64,000 nt of DNA from Myxococcota bacterium (GCA_965223705.1 OZ245015.1:3488001-3552000); one strand, 5' to 3'. Shown: positions 20,060 to 30,047, counted from the stretch's first letter. Numbers and translations: made by a program. Notes: generated from the letters alone by a model not told the origin.

Positions 20060-21225
20060 CAGCTCGAGAACTCGGGGATGAGCTTTGCCAATGCCTCGAC
20101 CTGCTCCTTGACCTCGCCGATCGGTAGTAGCCCCTGATCGCAAAACACCAGGAAGTACTCCGGATCGAGCTGTTCCTTGACCGCCGCTAGCTGGCGCCGC
20201 ACGTCGTCGACCGTGCCGACGAAGCCGACGCCCGCCTCCATCACGGGCTCGATCGTCGTGGGGATGTTCGGATAGAAGCGCGAGTGATACATGCCCAGCA
20301 GGTACATGATGCCGCGCCGTGCCGTGTCGATCGCCTGCTCGCGGGTCTTTCCGATCGACACGATGCGGGCCAGGCCCACACTCTCGCCGAGCTTGAGGTC
20401 GCGCCCCGCCGCCTGCGCTTCTTTGCGATAGAACTCGGCCCCCTGGATCGCGACGTCGGGGAACGGCAAGAAGATCATCGGCACGATGCCTTCCCGGGCG
20501 CTCCAACCGATCGTCTCCTGGGTGAGCGTCATCGCTTGGAGAAGCAGCGGGTGCGGTTTCTGGAAAGGTTTCGGAATGGGCGAAACCTTGCGCAACCAGC
20601 CGTCGTCGTCGATTTCGCCGGGGGCGCAGAACTGGCGCGCCGCGTCAGCCGCGGGCCACTTCATCCCCTCGGGCGGGCTCGGAACCTGAATGTGCTTTCC
20701 CGCAAAAGAGAAGGGCTCGTCTCCCCAGCAGAGCTTCATCACCTGAAAAATCTCCTGAGAAACTTCGCGGTTGTGAAGCTCGATTTCGTTGCCGAGCACG
20801 GAGGGCTGAACCCCGTAGCGCTGCCCGAGGGTGTTCACCCAGTGCGGGAACACACCGCGCGCGAAACCGGCGACGCTCCGTCCGCGCGTCATTTGGTCGC
20901 ACCAGGCGATCTCCTCAGCCAGGCGAATCGGATCCCAGGTGGGAAGGACATAACCGAGCGGGCCGATCTTGATGCGCTCGGTGTGTGCGGCCAGGTTCAT
21001 CAGGTGCGGCGTCGGACTGTTCCCAGCGATCAGCCCGTCGGAGAAGAAGTGGTGCTCCGAGTAGGTGAGGATCTCGAACCCGCCCTGCTCGGCGAGCTGC
21101 GCCAATTCGACCATCTCGTCGATCATCTGCTGCACGCGATCGGTTCGGTGCGCGATCGGCCGGAGCGCGGCGCGTTCTTCGGGAGTTCCAGGAACGACGG
21201 GCCCGAGATGCAGGATGAATTTCAT
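20059..21225 (-). CDS. LLM class flavin-dependent oxidoreductase
   Basis: SEHHF, LPTWDPIRLAEEIAWCDQMTRGR, PKPFQKPHP. Confidence 0.92.
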   Translation of the reverse strand: MKFILHLGPVVPGTPEERAALRPIAHRTDRVQQMIDEMVELAQLAEQGGFEILTYSEHHFFSDGLIAGNSPTPHLMNLAAHTERIKIGPLGYVLPTWDPIRLAEEIAWCDQMTRGRSVAGFARGVFPHWVNTLGQRYGVQPSVLGNEIELHNREVSQEIFQVMKLCWGDEPFSFAGKHIQVPSPPEGMKWPAADAARQFCAPGEIDDDGWLRKVSPIPKPFQKPHPLLLQAMTLTQETIGWSAREGIVPMIFLPFPDVAIQGAEFYRKEAQAAGRDLKLGESVGLARIVSIGKTREQAIDTARRGIMYLLGMYHSRFYPNIPTTIEPVMEAGVGFVGTVDDVRRQLAAVKEQLDPEYFLVFCDQGLLPIGEVKEQVEALAKLIPEFSS

Positions 21226-21273
21226 GCCTTCCCCTTTTGCGGGAAGGTTACCACGGCATCTCTTGGCGAATCG

Positions 21274-22017
21274 CTAGCCCGGTAGGTAGACGCCGCCGTT
21301 GATGTGGATCGTCTGTCCCGTGATGTAGGCCGCGTCTTCCGACAGCAGGAACGACACGAGCGCCGCGATCTCCGCAGGCTTTCCGGCCCGGCCCGCTGGT
21401 ATCGGTCGCGCCATCTCCTCGATCTCCGCATCGTTGAACGCGGCCTTGAGACCATCGTGCAGGATCAGGCCCGGCGCGATGGCGTTCACGGTGACGCCGT
21501 GCGCCGCCAGATCCAGGGCGACGGACCGCGTGTAGCCGGTCACCCCGGCCTTGGCCGCGGCGTAAGGGCCCTGTTCCCCGACCGCTTGATAAGCCGACTG
21601 CGACGCGATGTTCACGATGCGTCCGAAGCCGGCGTCCTTCATGGCGGGAGCAAACGCGCGCGTCAGGAAAAAGGTGCCATCCAAATTCACCCGCATCGTT
21701 CTCGCCCACACCCGCGATTCCTGACCCGCCCCGTGAATACCGGCGTTGTTCACGAGGTATGCGACGTTCGCGTCGTCGGCCCGCAAGGCGTCGGCCAGGT
21801 CGACGACTTGCTCTTCTCGACCGACGTCGAGTGGGTAAAAGCCGAGTCGGCTCCGTTGGTCGGACGGGAATTGCGCAAGCCATCCTTGCGCGCTCTCCTC
21901 CGCGCGGTCGCAGGCGATGATCGTATGACCCTCGGAGAGAAGGCGGCGAACCATCGCGGTCCCGAGCCCGCCGATGGCACCGGTGATCAAGACCTGTCCT
22001 TGGGGTCGTTCGGGCAT
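21274..22017 (-). CDS. SDR oxidoreductase (FabG-like)
   Basis: TGAIGGLG, NNAG, YAAAK, ITGQTIHINGG. GGAGGAG RBS before ATG 22017. Confidence 0.9.
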   Translation of the reverse strand: MPERPQGQVLITGAIGGLGTAMVRRLLSEGHTIIACDRAEESAQGWLAQFPSDQRSRLGFYPLDVGREEQVVDLADALRADDANVAYLVNNAGIHGAGQESRVWARTMRVNLDGTFFLTRAFAPAMKDAGFGRIVNIASQSAYQAVGEQGPYAAAKAGVTGYTRSVALDLAAHGVTVNAIAPGLILHDGLKAAFNDAEIEEMARPIPAGRAGKPAEIAALVSFLLSEDAAYITGQTIHINGGVYLPG

Positions 22018-22083
22018 AGGCTCCTCCGGCATGAATCGAGGGTACCCTGGGTCTGCTACCCGTGTCCCAGGAGGCAAGCGGAC

Positions 22084-22566
22084 ATGACATCGACGGTTGG
22101 AGCGATCACGGGGTTCGTCCACGCGCAGATCAACGTGAGCGATCTCGACCGATCGATCGCGTTCTACGAGAAGCTGGGATTCGAAGTGATCAGCAAAGGC
22201 ATCATCAAGGACCCACAGATCTTCGCGAGTTTGGGCCTCGAAGCCGGGCGTCTGGCGGGCGCGTTCCTGCGCATTCCGGGGAGGAGCACGAAGGTCACCC
22301 CCATGCTCGACATGATCCAGTTTCTCGACCCAGAGCCGGTGGGTTCGCCCTACCCCTCACTGAACCATTTGGGCATCAACCGGCTGTGTTTTCAGGTCGA
22401 CGATCTGGAGGCCGCGAAAGAAGCCCTGATCGCCCGCGGCGTCGAGCTTGTGGGCCCGGTTGGGGAAATCGTGACCAAGCCCAACGGTCTGCGCAGCAAA
22501 GTCCTGTGCTTCCGGGATCCCGACGGAACCGTTCTCGAGTACGCGCAGGTCGGCGTTCGGGACTGA
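22084..22566 (+). CDS. VOC/glyoxalase family protein
   Basis: HAQINVSDLDRSIAFYEKLGF..FRDPDGTVLE. Confidence 0.9.
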   Translation: MTSTVGAITGFVHAQINVSDLDRSIAFYEKLGFEVISKGIIKDPQIFASLGLEAGRLAGAFLRIPGRSTKVTPMLDMIQFLDPEPVGSPYPSLNHLGINRLCFQVDDLEAAKEALIARGVELVGPVGEIVTKPNGLRSKVLCFRDPDGTVLEYAQVGVRD

Positions 22567-22622
22567 CCCTCGAGGCACGATCCGCGGTAGGATGGGCGAG
22601 ACTTGATCAACTGGGGCTTGTC

Positions 22623-23042
22623 ATGACGGACGACTTCTCGACGCGCTTGCAGATTCTCGAAACCGTGAACCGGTACGCGTGGAGCTACGACACGCGGGAC
22701 CTCGAGCTCATGGGTGAGTGCTTCGCTCCCCAGGCTGTGTTCGAGATCCTTCTCGAGGGCCACGAAGGCTGGGGGCCCTACAAGGGCCGGGACACCATCC
22801 TCGACTGGATGGGCTCGGTGATGGAATCCCAAAACGACCAGCGGCGTCACTGCGTGACGAACGTGATCTTCCGCGAGGTCACGCCGAACAAGGCGTTGGT
22901 CGAGTCCTACCTGCTGCTGACCGCGGTCGAGAACGGAAACCTGAGCGTCGTCTGCACCGGCACCTACCACGACGAAGTGGTGAAGGAAGGCGACGCGTGG
23001 TTCATCGCGCGGAAGACGCTTCGCCTCGACAACCCGTTCTAG
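22623..23042 (+). CDS. SnoaL-like / NTF2-fold protein
   Basis: RYAWSYDTRD, RRHCVTN, GTYHDEVVKEGDAWFIARK. Confidence 0.88.
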   Translation: MTDDFSTRLQILETVNRYAWSYDTRDLELMGECFAPQAVFEILLEGHEGWGPYKGRDTILDWMGSVMESQNDQRRHCVTNVIFREVTPNKALVESYLLLTAVENGNLSVVCTGTYHDEVVKEGDAWFIARKTLRLDNPF

Positions 23043-23054
23043 ACCGGTTCTCCG

Positions 23055-24098
23055 ATGAACTCTCCGTTGTTCTCGCCCCTCGGGCTGCGCGGGCTCACGC
23101 TGAAGAACCGTATCGCCATGTCTCCCATGTTGATGTACATGGCCGGCGAGGACGGCCGCGTCCGCGATCGTCACTTCGTTCACTACGGTGCCCGGGCGCT
23201 GGGCGGTGTAGGTCTCGTCCTGACGGAAGTCGTCGCCGTGTCGCCGAGGGGGCGGATCAGCGCGAGCGACCTCGGGCTCTGGGACGACCGTCAGATCGAA
23301 GGCGTGAAGCGCGTCTGCGGCTTTCTCCACGAATGCGGAACGGCACTCGGCGTGCAGTTGGCACACGCCGGTCGGAAGTCGGCAGCCGGCGGCCGTCCAC
23401 AGGCGCCATCGGCCGTTGCGTATCCCGGGTTGGATGTGCCCGAAGCGATCGATAAGGACGGCCTCGCTGTACTTCGCGAAGCCTACGTCGCAGCGGCCAA
23501 GCGCGCGGCAGCGGCGGACGTCGACCTGATCGAGATCCATGCGGCTCACGGCTATCTCTTGCATAGCTTTCTCTGCCCGCTGACGAACTCTCGCACCGAT
23601 GCGTACGGCGGCGATCTCACCGGACGCGCTCGCTTTGTGCTCGAGATCGTCGAGGCCGTGCGCGACGTGTGGCCCAGCGAAAGACCGTTGGCCGTCCGCA
23701 TGACGGCGATCGACCACCACGAAGGCGGCGTCACGGAAGAGGAAGGCCTGTGGCTCTCTCGACGACTCGCTGAACTCGGCGTCGACCTCCTCGATGTGTC
23801 GACGGGCAACCTCATTCCGGAATACTCGGCGCCCGTCTACCCGGGGTACCAGGTTCGGTATGCGGAGAAGATCCGGCGCGAAAGTGGATTGGCGGTCGCT
23901 ACGGTGGGCTCCTTGGCTTCTGCGGATCTCATGGAAGAAATCATCGGAGCGGAACGCGTCGATCTCGTCTGTGTCGGCCGTGAACTGATCCGCAACCCCA
24001 ACTGGGCGATCGAATGCGCCCGACGGGCCGGCTCGACGCTCGAGCTCCCGATCGAAACGTATGCGCGAGCCACCGATGCCTATGAGCGCGGGTTCTAG
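23055..24098 (+). CDS. NADH:flavin oxidoreductase (Old Yellow Enzyme, YqjM/NamA-like)
   Basis: LKNRIAMSPM, QLAHAGRK, HAAHGYLLHSFL, NSRTDAYGG, PGYQV, GRELIRNP. Confidence 0.92.
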   Translation: MNSPLFSPLGLRGLTLKNRIAMSPMLMYMAGEDGRVRDRHFVHYGARALGGVGLVLTEVVAVSPRGRISASDLGLWDDRQIEGVKRVCGFLHECGTALGVQLAHAGRKSAAGGRPQAPSAVAYPGLDVPEAIDKDGLAVLREAYVAAAKRAAAADVDLIEIHAAHGYLLHSFLCPLTNSRTDAYGGDLTGRARFVLEIVEAVRDVWPSERPLAVRMTAIDHHEGGVTEEEGLWLSRRLAELGVDLLDVSTGNLIPEYSAPVYPGYQVRYAEKIRRESGLAVATVGSLASADLMEEIIGAERVDLVCVGRELIRNPNWAIECARRAGSTLELPIETYARATDAYERGF

Positions 24099-24122
24099 CG
24101 CGGGCTTTCTGGAGGACCAGGG

Positions 24123-25265
24123 TTGACCGTCACGAAAGGGGAACTGATCGAACGTACCGAGGCGCTGCTGCCCGGAATCGCCGCGCGCGCGCGGGAGAGC
24201 GAGGAGCAGCGGCGACCTCACGACGACACGATCCGCGAGCTGATCGACGCCGAGATCTTCCAGTCGTTGGTCCCTGCGTGCTACGGCGGGCACGAACTGA
24301 ACCTCGACACGCACGCGGAGATCGTACGTCGTCTGGCGAGTGCCTGTATGTCCACCGCCTGGGTGGCGGCCTTCTATATCGGCCACAACTGGATGCTCAC
24401 GAAGTTTCCGGAACAAGCACAGCGCGACGTCTTTGCCGATCGGCCCTTCACGCTGACGCCGATCCAGCCGTCACCCGGCATCGTCGCCAAGGAAGTGCGA
24501 GACGGTTACGAGATCACCGGCCGCTCGAGCTTCAGCTCCGGAATCATGCACGCCGATTGGGTGATCATCGCCGGAGCCGGCGCACCGGACTCGCGTGCCT
24601 TCGTCGTACCCGTTGGCGATTGCGAAGTCGATGATGTGTGGTTCATGAGCGGCATGGCCGGCACCGGAAGCAACGACGTCGTCGTCGAGAATGTGTTCGT
24701 CCCGGCGCACCGGACCATGCTCGCGGCTGACGTCTTCAACACAGTGGATTCGATTCACCCGAATCCGCTCTACCACATCCCCTTGCTGCCCTTTATCTAC
24801 TGCGAAGTCATGGGCGTCTACACCGGCGGCCTCGCGGGCGCTCTGGCCGTCTACGAAGCGCATGTTCTGGAGAAAACGATGACCTGGGGCGGCGACGCAA
24901 TCGCGGGCAAGCAAGCGACGCAGGTGAACCTCGGCATCGCCCACGCGCGCGCGAATGCCGCGGCCTTCTTGTACGACCGTCTCGTCTCGGACACCATGGC
25001 CACGGCCGTGGCGTCGGGCTTCACCCTCGACCGACGCCTCGAGCTCAAGCTCCTCGCCGGCTTTATCGGCGACACCTGTCGCGAGGGGGTCAACGCGATG
25101 ATGGCGCGAGCCGGTACGAAGAACTTTGCACTGGATGCACCCCTACAGCGTTTCTTTCGCGACATGAACACGCTCGCTTCTCACGCGTTCATCGACTGGG
25201 AAGTCTCCGCGGAACTCTACGGCCGGCACCGGCTCGGGCTCGAGCCGAACTCGCCGCTGGTATGA
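24123..25265 (+). CDS. Flavin-dependent monooxygenase oxygenase component, acyl-CoA dehydrogenase fold (HsaA-like)
   Basis: FSSGIMHADW, WFMSGMAGTGSND, FVPAHR, LQRFFRD..H. Confidence 0.88.
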   Translation: MTVTKGELIERTEALLPGIAARARESEEQRRPHDDTIRELIDAEIFQSLVPACYGGHELNLDTHAEIVRRLASACMSTAWVAAFYIGHNWMLTKFPEQAQRDVFADRPFTLTPIQPSPGIVAKEVRDGYEITGRSSFSSGIMHADWVIIAGAGAPDSRAFVVPVGDCEVDDVWFMSGMAGTGSNDVVVENVFVPAHRTMLAADVFNTVDSIHPNPLYHIPLLPFIYCEVMGVYTGGLAGALAVYEAHVLEKTMTWGGDAIAGKQATQVNLGIAHARANAAAFLYDRLVSDTMATAVASGFTLDRRLELKLLAGFIGDTCREGVNAMMARAGTKNFALDAPLQRFFRDMNTLASHAFIDWEVSAELYGRHRLGLEPNSPLV

Positions 25266-25290
25266 TCTAAGGGGCCTGCAGGAGGATGAG

Positions 25291-26511
25291 ATGACCGAGC
25301 CTTTACACATCGATCCCTGGGCGTGGCGCAGCGAGACGCCGGGGGCCGACGACTGGCCGCGCACGGCTCGCCCGAACGACCCGAACAAGTTCTTCATCGC
25401 GTCCGCCGACTGTCACGCCAACGAGCCCGGCATGCTTTGGCACGAACGCATGGACGCGGCGTACCGCGACCGGCTTCCCCGGGTCGAAAGGGACAGCATG
25501 GGAGCGACCTTCCAGATTACGGAAGGCTTTCGCCCCCTGCGTCTACGCGACGTCAAGTACGACGGCGAGGACGGGGAGCGGAACGCAGCCGGAAGAACGC
25601 CCGAAGAACGCCTACAGGATCACTTGCGCGACGGCATCGACGCCGAGCTGATCTTTCCGAACAAGGGCCTCGCCATGTGGGCGACGCCGGATGCGCGTTT
25701 TGCGAGCGCACTTTGTCGCTGCTGGAACGACTGGGCGTGGGAGACCTTTGGGCCTTACAACCACCGGCTCTCTCCCGTCGCTTGTATCGCTCCGGGTGAT
25801 CTCGACGGCGCAATCGACGAGGTGAAGCGCACCGCGAAGCTCGGGTTCCGCTCGGTGTCCCTCCCCTGCAAGCCCGTGTGGGGACCGCCGAGCCACGAGC
25901 AGGCCAACTACAACCTTCCGGAGTTCGATCCTCTGTGGTCGGTGATCCAGGACGTCGGCCTGCCCATCACCTTTCATATCTCGACAGGCCGAGATCCCCG
26001 CACGGCGCGAGGAAACGGCGGAGCGGTCGTCAACTACGCGGTGCATTCTCTCTCGCCGACCATCGAGCCGATCGCGAATTTCTGTGCTTCGGGTTTGCTG
26101 GAACGATTTCCGGAACTCCACTTCGGCACGGTCGAGGCCGGCATCGGGTGGATCCCCTGGGCTCTTCAGGCGATGGACGAGGCTTACAAGAAACACCACA
26201 TGTGGGTGCGACCCAAGCTCAAGCAATTGCCGAGCGAGTATTTTCGCAGCAACGGCTTCGCGACCTTCGGTGAGGACGAAGCCGGGCTCGCCGTGGCGCG
26301 GGAATTCGACCTGGTCGAGAACTTTCTCTGGGCCAACGACTACCCCCACCACGAGGGGACGTGGCCGCACTCGCCCGCGGCGATCGAGCGGACGATGAGT
26401 GGACTCGCCGACGGGGAACGGGCCAAGATTCTCGGCGGGAACGCGGCGCGGATTTTCGGCTTCGAGCCGCGGAGGCTCGAGTCCTCGGAAGTTTCGGCGG
26501 CCGTCCCCTAG
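25291..26511 (+). CDS. Amidohydrolase family protein (amidohydro_2)
   Basis: SADCH, FH, VEAGIGW, WANDYPHHEGTWP. Confidence 0.9.
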   Translation: MTEPLHIDPWAWRSETPGADDWPRTARPNDPNKFFIASADCHANEPGMLWHERMDAAYRDRLPRVERDSMGATFQITEGFRPLRLRDVKYDGEDGERNAAGRTPEERLQDHLRDGIDAELIFPNKGLAMWATPDARFASALCRCWNDWAWETFGPYNHRLSPVACIAPGDLDGAIDEVKRTAKLGFRSVSLPCKPVWGPPSHEQANYNLPEFDPLWSVIQDVGLPITFHISTGRDPRTARGNGGAVVNYAVHSLSPTIEPIANFCASGLLERFPELHFGTVEAGIGWIPWALQAMDEAYKKHHMWVRPKLKQLPSEYFRSNGFATFGEDEAGLAVAREFDLVENFLWANDYPHHEGTWPHSPAAIERTMSGLADGERAKILGGNAARIFGFEPRRLESSEVSAAVP

Positions 26512-28112
26512 CCCAACACGAAGCCCGGGTAACCCTGCGACGCCACCTCGATACATTTCTCGCGGAAGGCCGGCGCGCCGCCCGCATAGAAAAGGAAGGT
26601 GCGTTTCTTCCCCGGGACGTTCGTTCCCATGAACCAGGAATCGGTCTTGGTAAAGATCATTCCCTCGGTGAGCGACTCGGCGTGCTCCGTCCAGGCCTCT
26701 TCCGCTGTCGGATCCGCTTCGATTCGCCGAAAGCCCTTCTCGTGCATGAACTCGATGCAATCGCTCACCCATTTTGTGACGAATTCCGCGCAGCGCGTGA
26801 AGTTGCAGAACACGGCCCCGTTCACGATGAAGAGGTTCGGGAACCCTGCGGTTTGGAGCGTCAGATAGGTGCTCGGGCCATCGGCCCACTTAGCGCCTAA
26901 GGACTCCCCGCCTTCGCCGCGGATGTCGATGCGCGCGAGCTCGCCGGTCACCGCGTCGAAACCCGTCGCGTAGATGATGACATCGAGCTCGTGTTGGGCG
27001 CCGCTCTCGAGCTCGATACCGGTCTCCGTAACCCGAGCGATCGGATCCTCTCGAACATCGACGAGGCGGACGTTGTCGCGGTTGTAGACCTCGTAGTAGT
27101 TCGTCTCGAGAGGGATGCGCTTCGAGCCGAACGGATGGTCCTTCGGCACGAGCTTCTCGGCCACAACCGGATCGTGAACGCGCGCCCGGATCTTGTCCCG
27201 GACGAATTTCGCGTACTCTTCGTTGGCCTTTTCATCGGTCATGACGTCCTGGAAGCAGCCGAACCATTTGTGGAACCCGGGCTTGGCCCAGATCTCCTCG
27301 TAAAACGCGAGGCGCTCCTCGGGTGGCACGTCGAAAGTGTTCCGCGGGTCGAATTCCTGCATGAACGCGCCGAAGGTGCGATCGCAGACCTCGAAGGTCT
27401 TGGGGTAGTCCTCTTTGATCCGCTGTTGCGTCTCGTCGTCGATCTCCCCGTTGCGCAGCGGACAGCAGTAGTTCGCCGTACGCTGAAAAACACTCAAGTG
27501 ACCGACCTGCGGAGCGATCTCGGGGATGAGTTGCACGGCGGTCGCGCCGGTGCCGATCACACCGACGCGTTTGCCGGAAAAGTCGACCGGATCCTTCGGC
27601 CACCGAGACGTGTGGAAGGATTCGCCTCGGAAGTCGGAGACTCCCGGGATGTTCGGCATCTGCGTGGCGGACAGAATCCCGACGGCGGCGATCAGGAACT
27701 TCGTGCGCGCGCGGTGCCCGTCTTCGGTTTCGACGTTCCAGCAGTTCTCGTCGGCGTCGTACTCGGCGCGGGCGATCCGCGACCCCAAGCGGATGTGGGG
27801 CCGAAGCTCGAACTTGTCGGCAAAGTAGTTGAGGAGCCGTTCGTTCTCGGGTTGCCCTGAAAAGTGCTCCTTCCAGTCCCACTCCTCGAGGAGTTCGTCG
27901 GAAAACGAGTACATGTAGGAGTAGCTTTCTGAATCGAAGCGGCACCCGGGGTACCGGTTCCAGTACCAGGTACCGCCCACGCCGTCGCCGGCCTCGAAGA
28001 TCCGAGCGTTCACTCCCGCCTGGCGCAGAAAGTAGAGTTGAGCGAGGCCTGTCACCCCTCCGCCGATGATGAGTGCCTCGAGCTCTTCGGTGTCGGCATC
28101 GTATTCGTTCAT
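26508..28112 (-). CDS. Baeyer-Villiger monooxygenase (cyclohexanone/steroid monooxygenase-like)
   Basis: GGTWYWNRYPG, FRGESFHTSRWP (FxGxxxHxxxWP fingerprint), IGTGATAVQ, ATGFD. Confidence 0.94.
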   Translation of the reverse strand: MNEYDADTEELEALIIGGGVTGLAQLYFLRQAGVNARIFEAGDGVGGTWYWNRYPGCRFDSESYSYMYSFSDELLEEWDWKEHFSGQPENERLLNYFADKFELRPHIRLGSRIARAEYDADENCWNVETEDGHRARTKFLIAAVGILSATQMPNIPGVSDFRGESFHTSRWPKDPVDFSGKRVGVIGTGATAVQLIPEIAPQVGHLSVFQRTANYCCPLRNGEIDDETQQRIKEDYPKTFEVCDRTFGAFMQEFDPRNTFDVPPEERLAFYEEIWAKPGFHKWFGCFQDVMTDEKANEEYAKFVRDKIRARVHDPVVAEKLVPKDHPFGSKRIPLETNYYEVYNRDNVRLVDVREDPIARVTETGIELESGAQHELDVIIYATGFDAVTGELARIDIRGEGGESLGAKWADGPSTYLTLQTAGFPNLFIVNGAVFCNFTRCAEFVTKWVSDCIEFMHEKGFRRIEADPTAEEAWTEHAESLTEGMIFTKTDSWFMGTNVPGKKRTFLFYAGGAPAFREKCIEVASQGYPGFVLG

Positions 28113-28121
28113 TGCATCCTC

Positions 28122-29306
28122 CTAGTAACGGACCGGCAGGGTACGCGCGCCACGGATCCAAAGCGTCGGAAGCCAGTCGGTCGTTTCGTCGATCCGTCGG
28201 ATGTCGGGCATGCGAGCCAGGACGCGCTCGAGGGCGATCGCGACCAACCGTCGACCCAGGCCCGCCCCCGGACAGAAGTGTGGACCGTGCGAGAACGAGA
28301 GGTGACCGCGGGTGTCCCTCTCGATATCAAAGCGGTCGGGGTCGAGAAAGAAACGCTCGTCGCGATTGGCCGAGCTGATGTAGGACAAGACATAAGCGCC
28401 CTCGGGAATCTTGACGTCATGGAGCTCGATTTCTTGCGCCGCCGTCTGGAACACGAGGTGAACAGGAGACCAAAATCGGAGGGTTTCCTCAACCAGTTTG
28501 GGAATGAGGGCCGGGTCGTCGCGCACGGCGTCGAGGAGCGGAGGATTCTCGAACAGCGCGATGAGGGAGCTGCTGATCAGGTGCGATGGGGTCTCCGACC
28601 CGCCGAAATGCGTCAAGATCGCGATACTCAGGACCTGAATCGGCGACAGCGTGTCCCCCTCTTCCTCGGCCTTGACGAGAAGCGACAGGAAGTCGTCGGT
28701 CGGCCGCGCACGTCGTCGCGCGATTTCCTTTTCGAGGTAGGCCCGCAACTCCGAGACGCTCGCGCGGATCGTCTCGACCTCGGAGTCCGGCAAGCTCGCC
28801 CGGTTCGCGGCCTTGAGCAGATCGGACGTCCAGTTCTTGAAGTTCTCGTGCTCCCCGCGGTCGACTCCGAGGAGCTCCGCCGTGACGCTTACCGGCACGT
28901 AGGCCGCGAAGTCATTCACGAAATCGAACGAGCGGTCCGGGCCCTCGACGCCGTCGAGAAGACCGTCGACGATGCGAACGATCTCGGGCTCGAGGTCGCG
29001 AATAAGCGCCGGTTTGAATCCCTGGGAAGCGAGCTTTCTGATGGGCGTGTGTGCTGGCGGATCCATCGCGATGATCGAAGGGACTTCCGGCACGGGATCT
29101 AAATCGCCAAACGCCTGCGCGATAAAGTCGCGCGCCGAGTACTGCTCCGGATGCGTGAACGTGTTCTTGCAGTCTTCGTAACGAGTCAGCGCGAAAGCCT
29201 TGAGGGACTCGATCCAATAGACGGGTGCCTCGTCCCGCAAGCGGCGGTAGTAGGGATACGGGTCCATTTGAACGTCGTGACGTGTGGGATCGAATTCGAC
29301 GCTCAT
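28122..29306 (-). CDS. Cytochrome P450
   Basis: GGSETP I-helix, EETLR, FSHGPHFCPG heme motif. Confidence 0.92.
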   Translation of the reverse strand: MSVEFDPTRHDVQMDPYPYYRRLRDEAPVYWIESLKAFALTRYEDCKNTFTHPEQYSARDFIAQAFGDLDPVPEVPSIIAMDPPAHTPIRKLASQGFKPALIRDLEPEIVRIVDGLLDGVEGPDRSFDFVNDFAAYVPVSVTAELLGVDRGEHENFKNWTSDLLKAANRASLPDSEVETIRASVSELRAYLEKEIARRRARPTDDFLSLLVKAEEEGDTLSPIQVLSIAILTHFGGSETPSHLISSSLIALFENPPLLDAVRDDPALIPKLVEETLRFWSPVHLVFQTAAQEIELHDVKIPEGAYVLSYISSANRDERFFLDPDRFDIERDTRGHLSFSHGPHFCPGAGLGRRLVAIALERVLARMPDIRRIDETTDWLPTLWIRGARTLPVRY

Positions 29307-30045
29307 CGCGGAGCCTCTCCTTCCTCGGGCGGCGGCGCGAGCCAGAATTTCACCTGGGGCTCGGCTCCGCCGAGCTGGATCGCCACGTCGCGGAAATTCC
29401 AGTAAGTGAACTCGCGCACGACGCGCCGGTTCTTGTAGGCGTGAAAGGTCATGCCACGCGTGTGGGTGGTCTTTCCTTTGGCCGGAAGCCCAGGAAATCC
29501 ATGTTGTGCTTCGCTTTCCACACCCAGTTCATGACGGCCCACTCGTCGTAATCGTAGTCGGCACCGACGCGTGTGTCGGAGCTCCAGGTCGCCCATTCGG
29601 GAGCCGTGTAGTTTTCGGGCGCCTCGTCGCGTCTCCAACCGCGATGCGCCCCGGCATCACCCCCGTCGTAGCGGATCACATCGAACTGATGGATACCGGC
29701 CGGCGCGTCCGCCCCCGCGTCGTTGAAAGGGAGGAACGCGCGGTAAAGCGACGCTTTGTCCGTGATGGTCTGGAAGAGAGTCACGTCCTCGAAGACGAAC
29801 TCGTCGGCGTAGTAGTGGATGATGGCCTCGGCGCCGCCGGTAAAGAAGGTGTCGATCCAATCTTCGCCGGTGGAAGGCCCCATGGCGCCTTCGCCCCTGA
29901 AGCCTCGGTGCGTCGCCTGCCCGGCGAGCGCGGACCCTCCCAGGCCGGCCATCAAGAGCGAGGCGCCGGCGCCTTTGAGGAGCGAACGTCGCGTGGCCGA
30001 GAAGGCGCTGGAGGAGCGCATGGCATCGAGATAAGCGAGGTGCAT
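29303..30045 (-). pseudogene. Tat-signal SnoaL/ester-cyclase-like protein split by a single-base frameshift near 29490 (true pseudogene or sequencing error)
   Basis: TRRSLLK twin-arginine motif. The 5' ORF ..WVWKAKHNMDFLG joins the 3' ORF LPAKGKTTHTRGMTFHAYKNRRVVREFTYWN if one G is added to the GGG run. FLGLPAKGK is a typical SnoaL motif. Confidence 0.75.
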
Positions 30046-30047
30046 GC

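Noticed and set aside
22392..24416. 674-aa minus-strand ORF, and many other long antisense or alternate-frame ORFs (e.g. 25612-26889, 32297-33544, 39283-40470, 60308-61651)
   Set aside because: They shadow well-supported genes on the opposite strand, have no recognisable motifs, and are expected in high-GC DNA where stop codons are rare.
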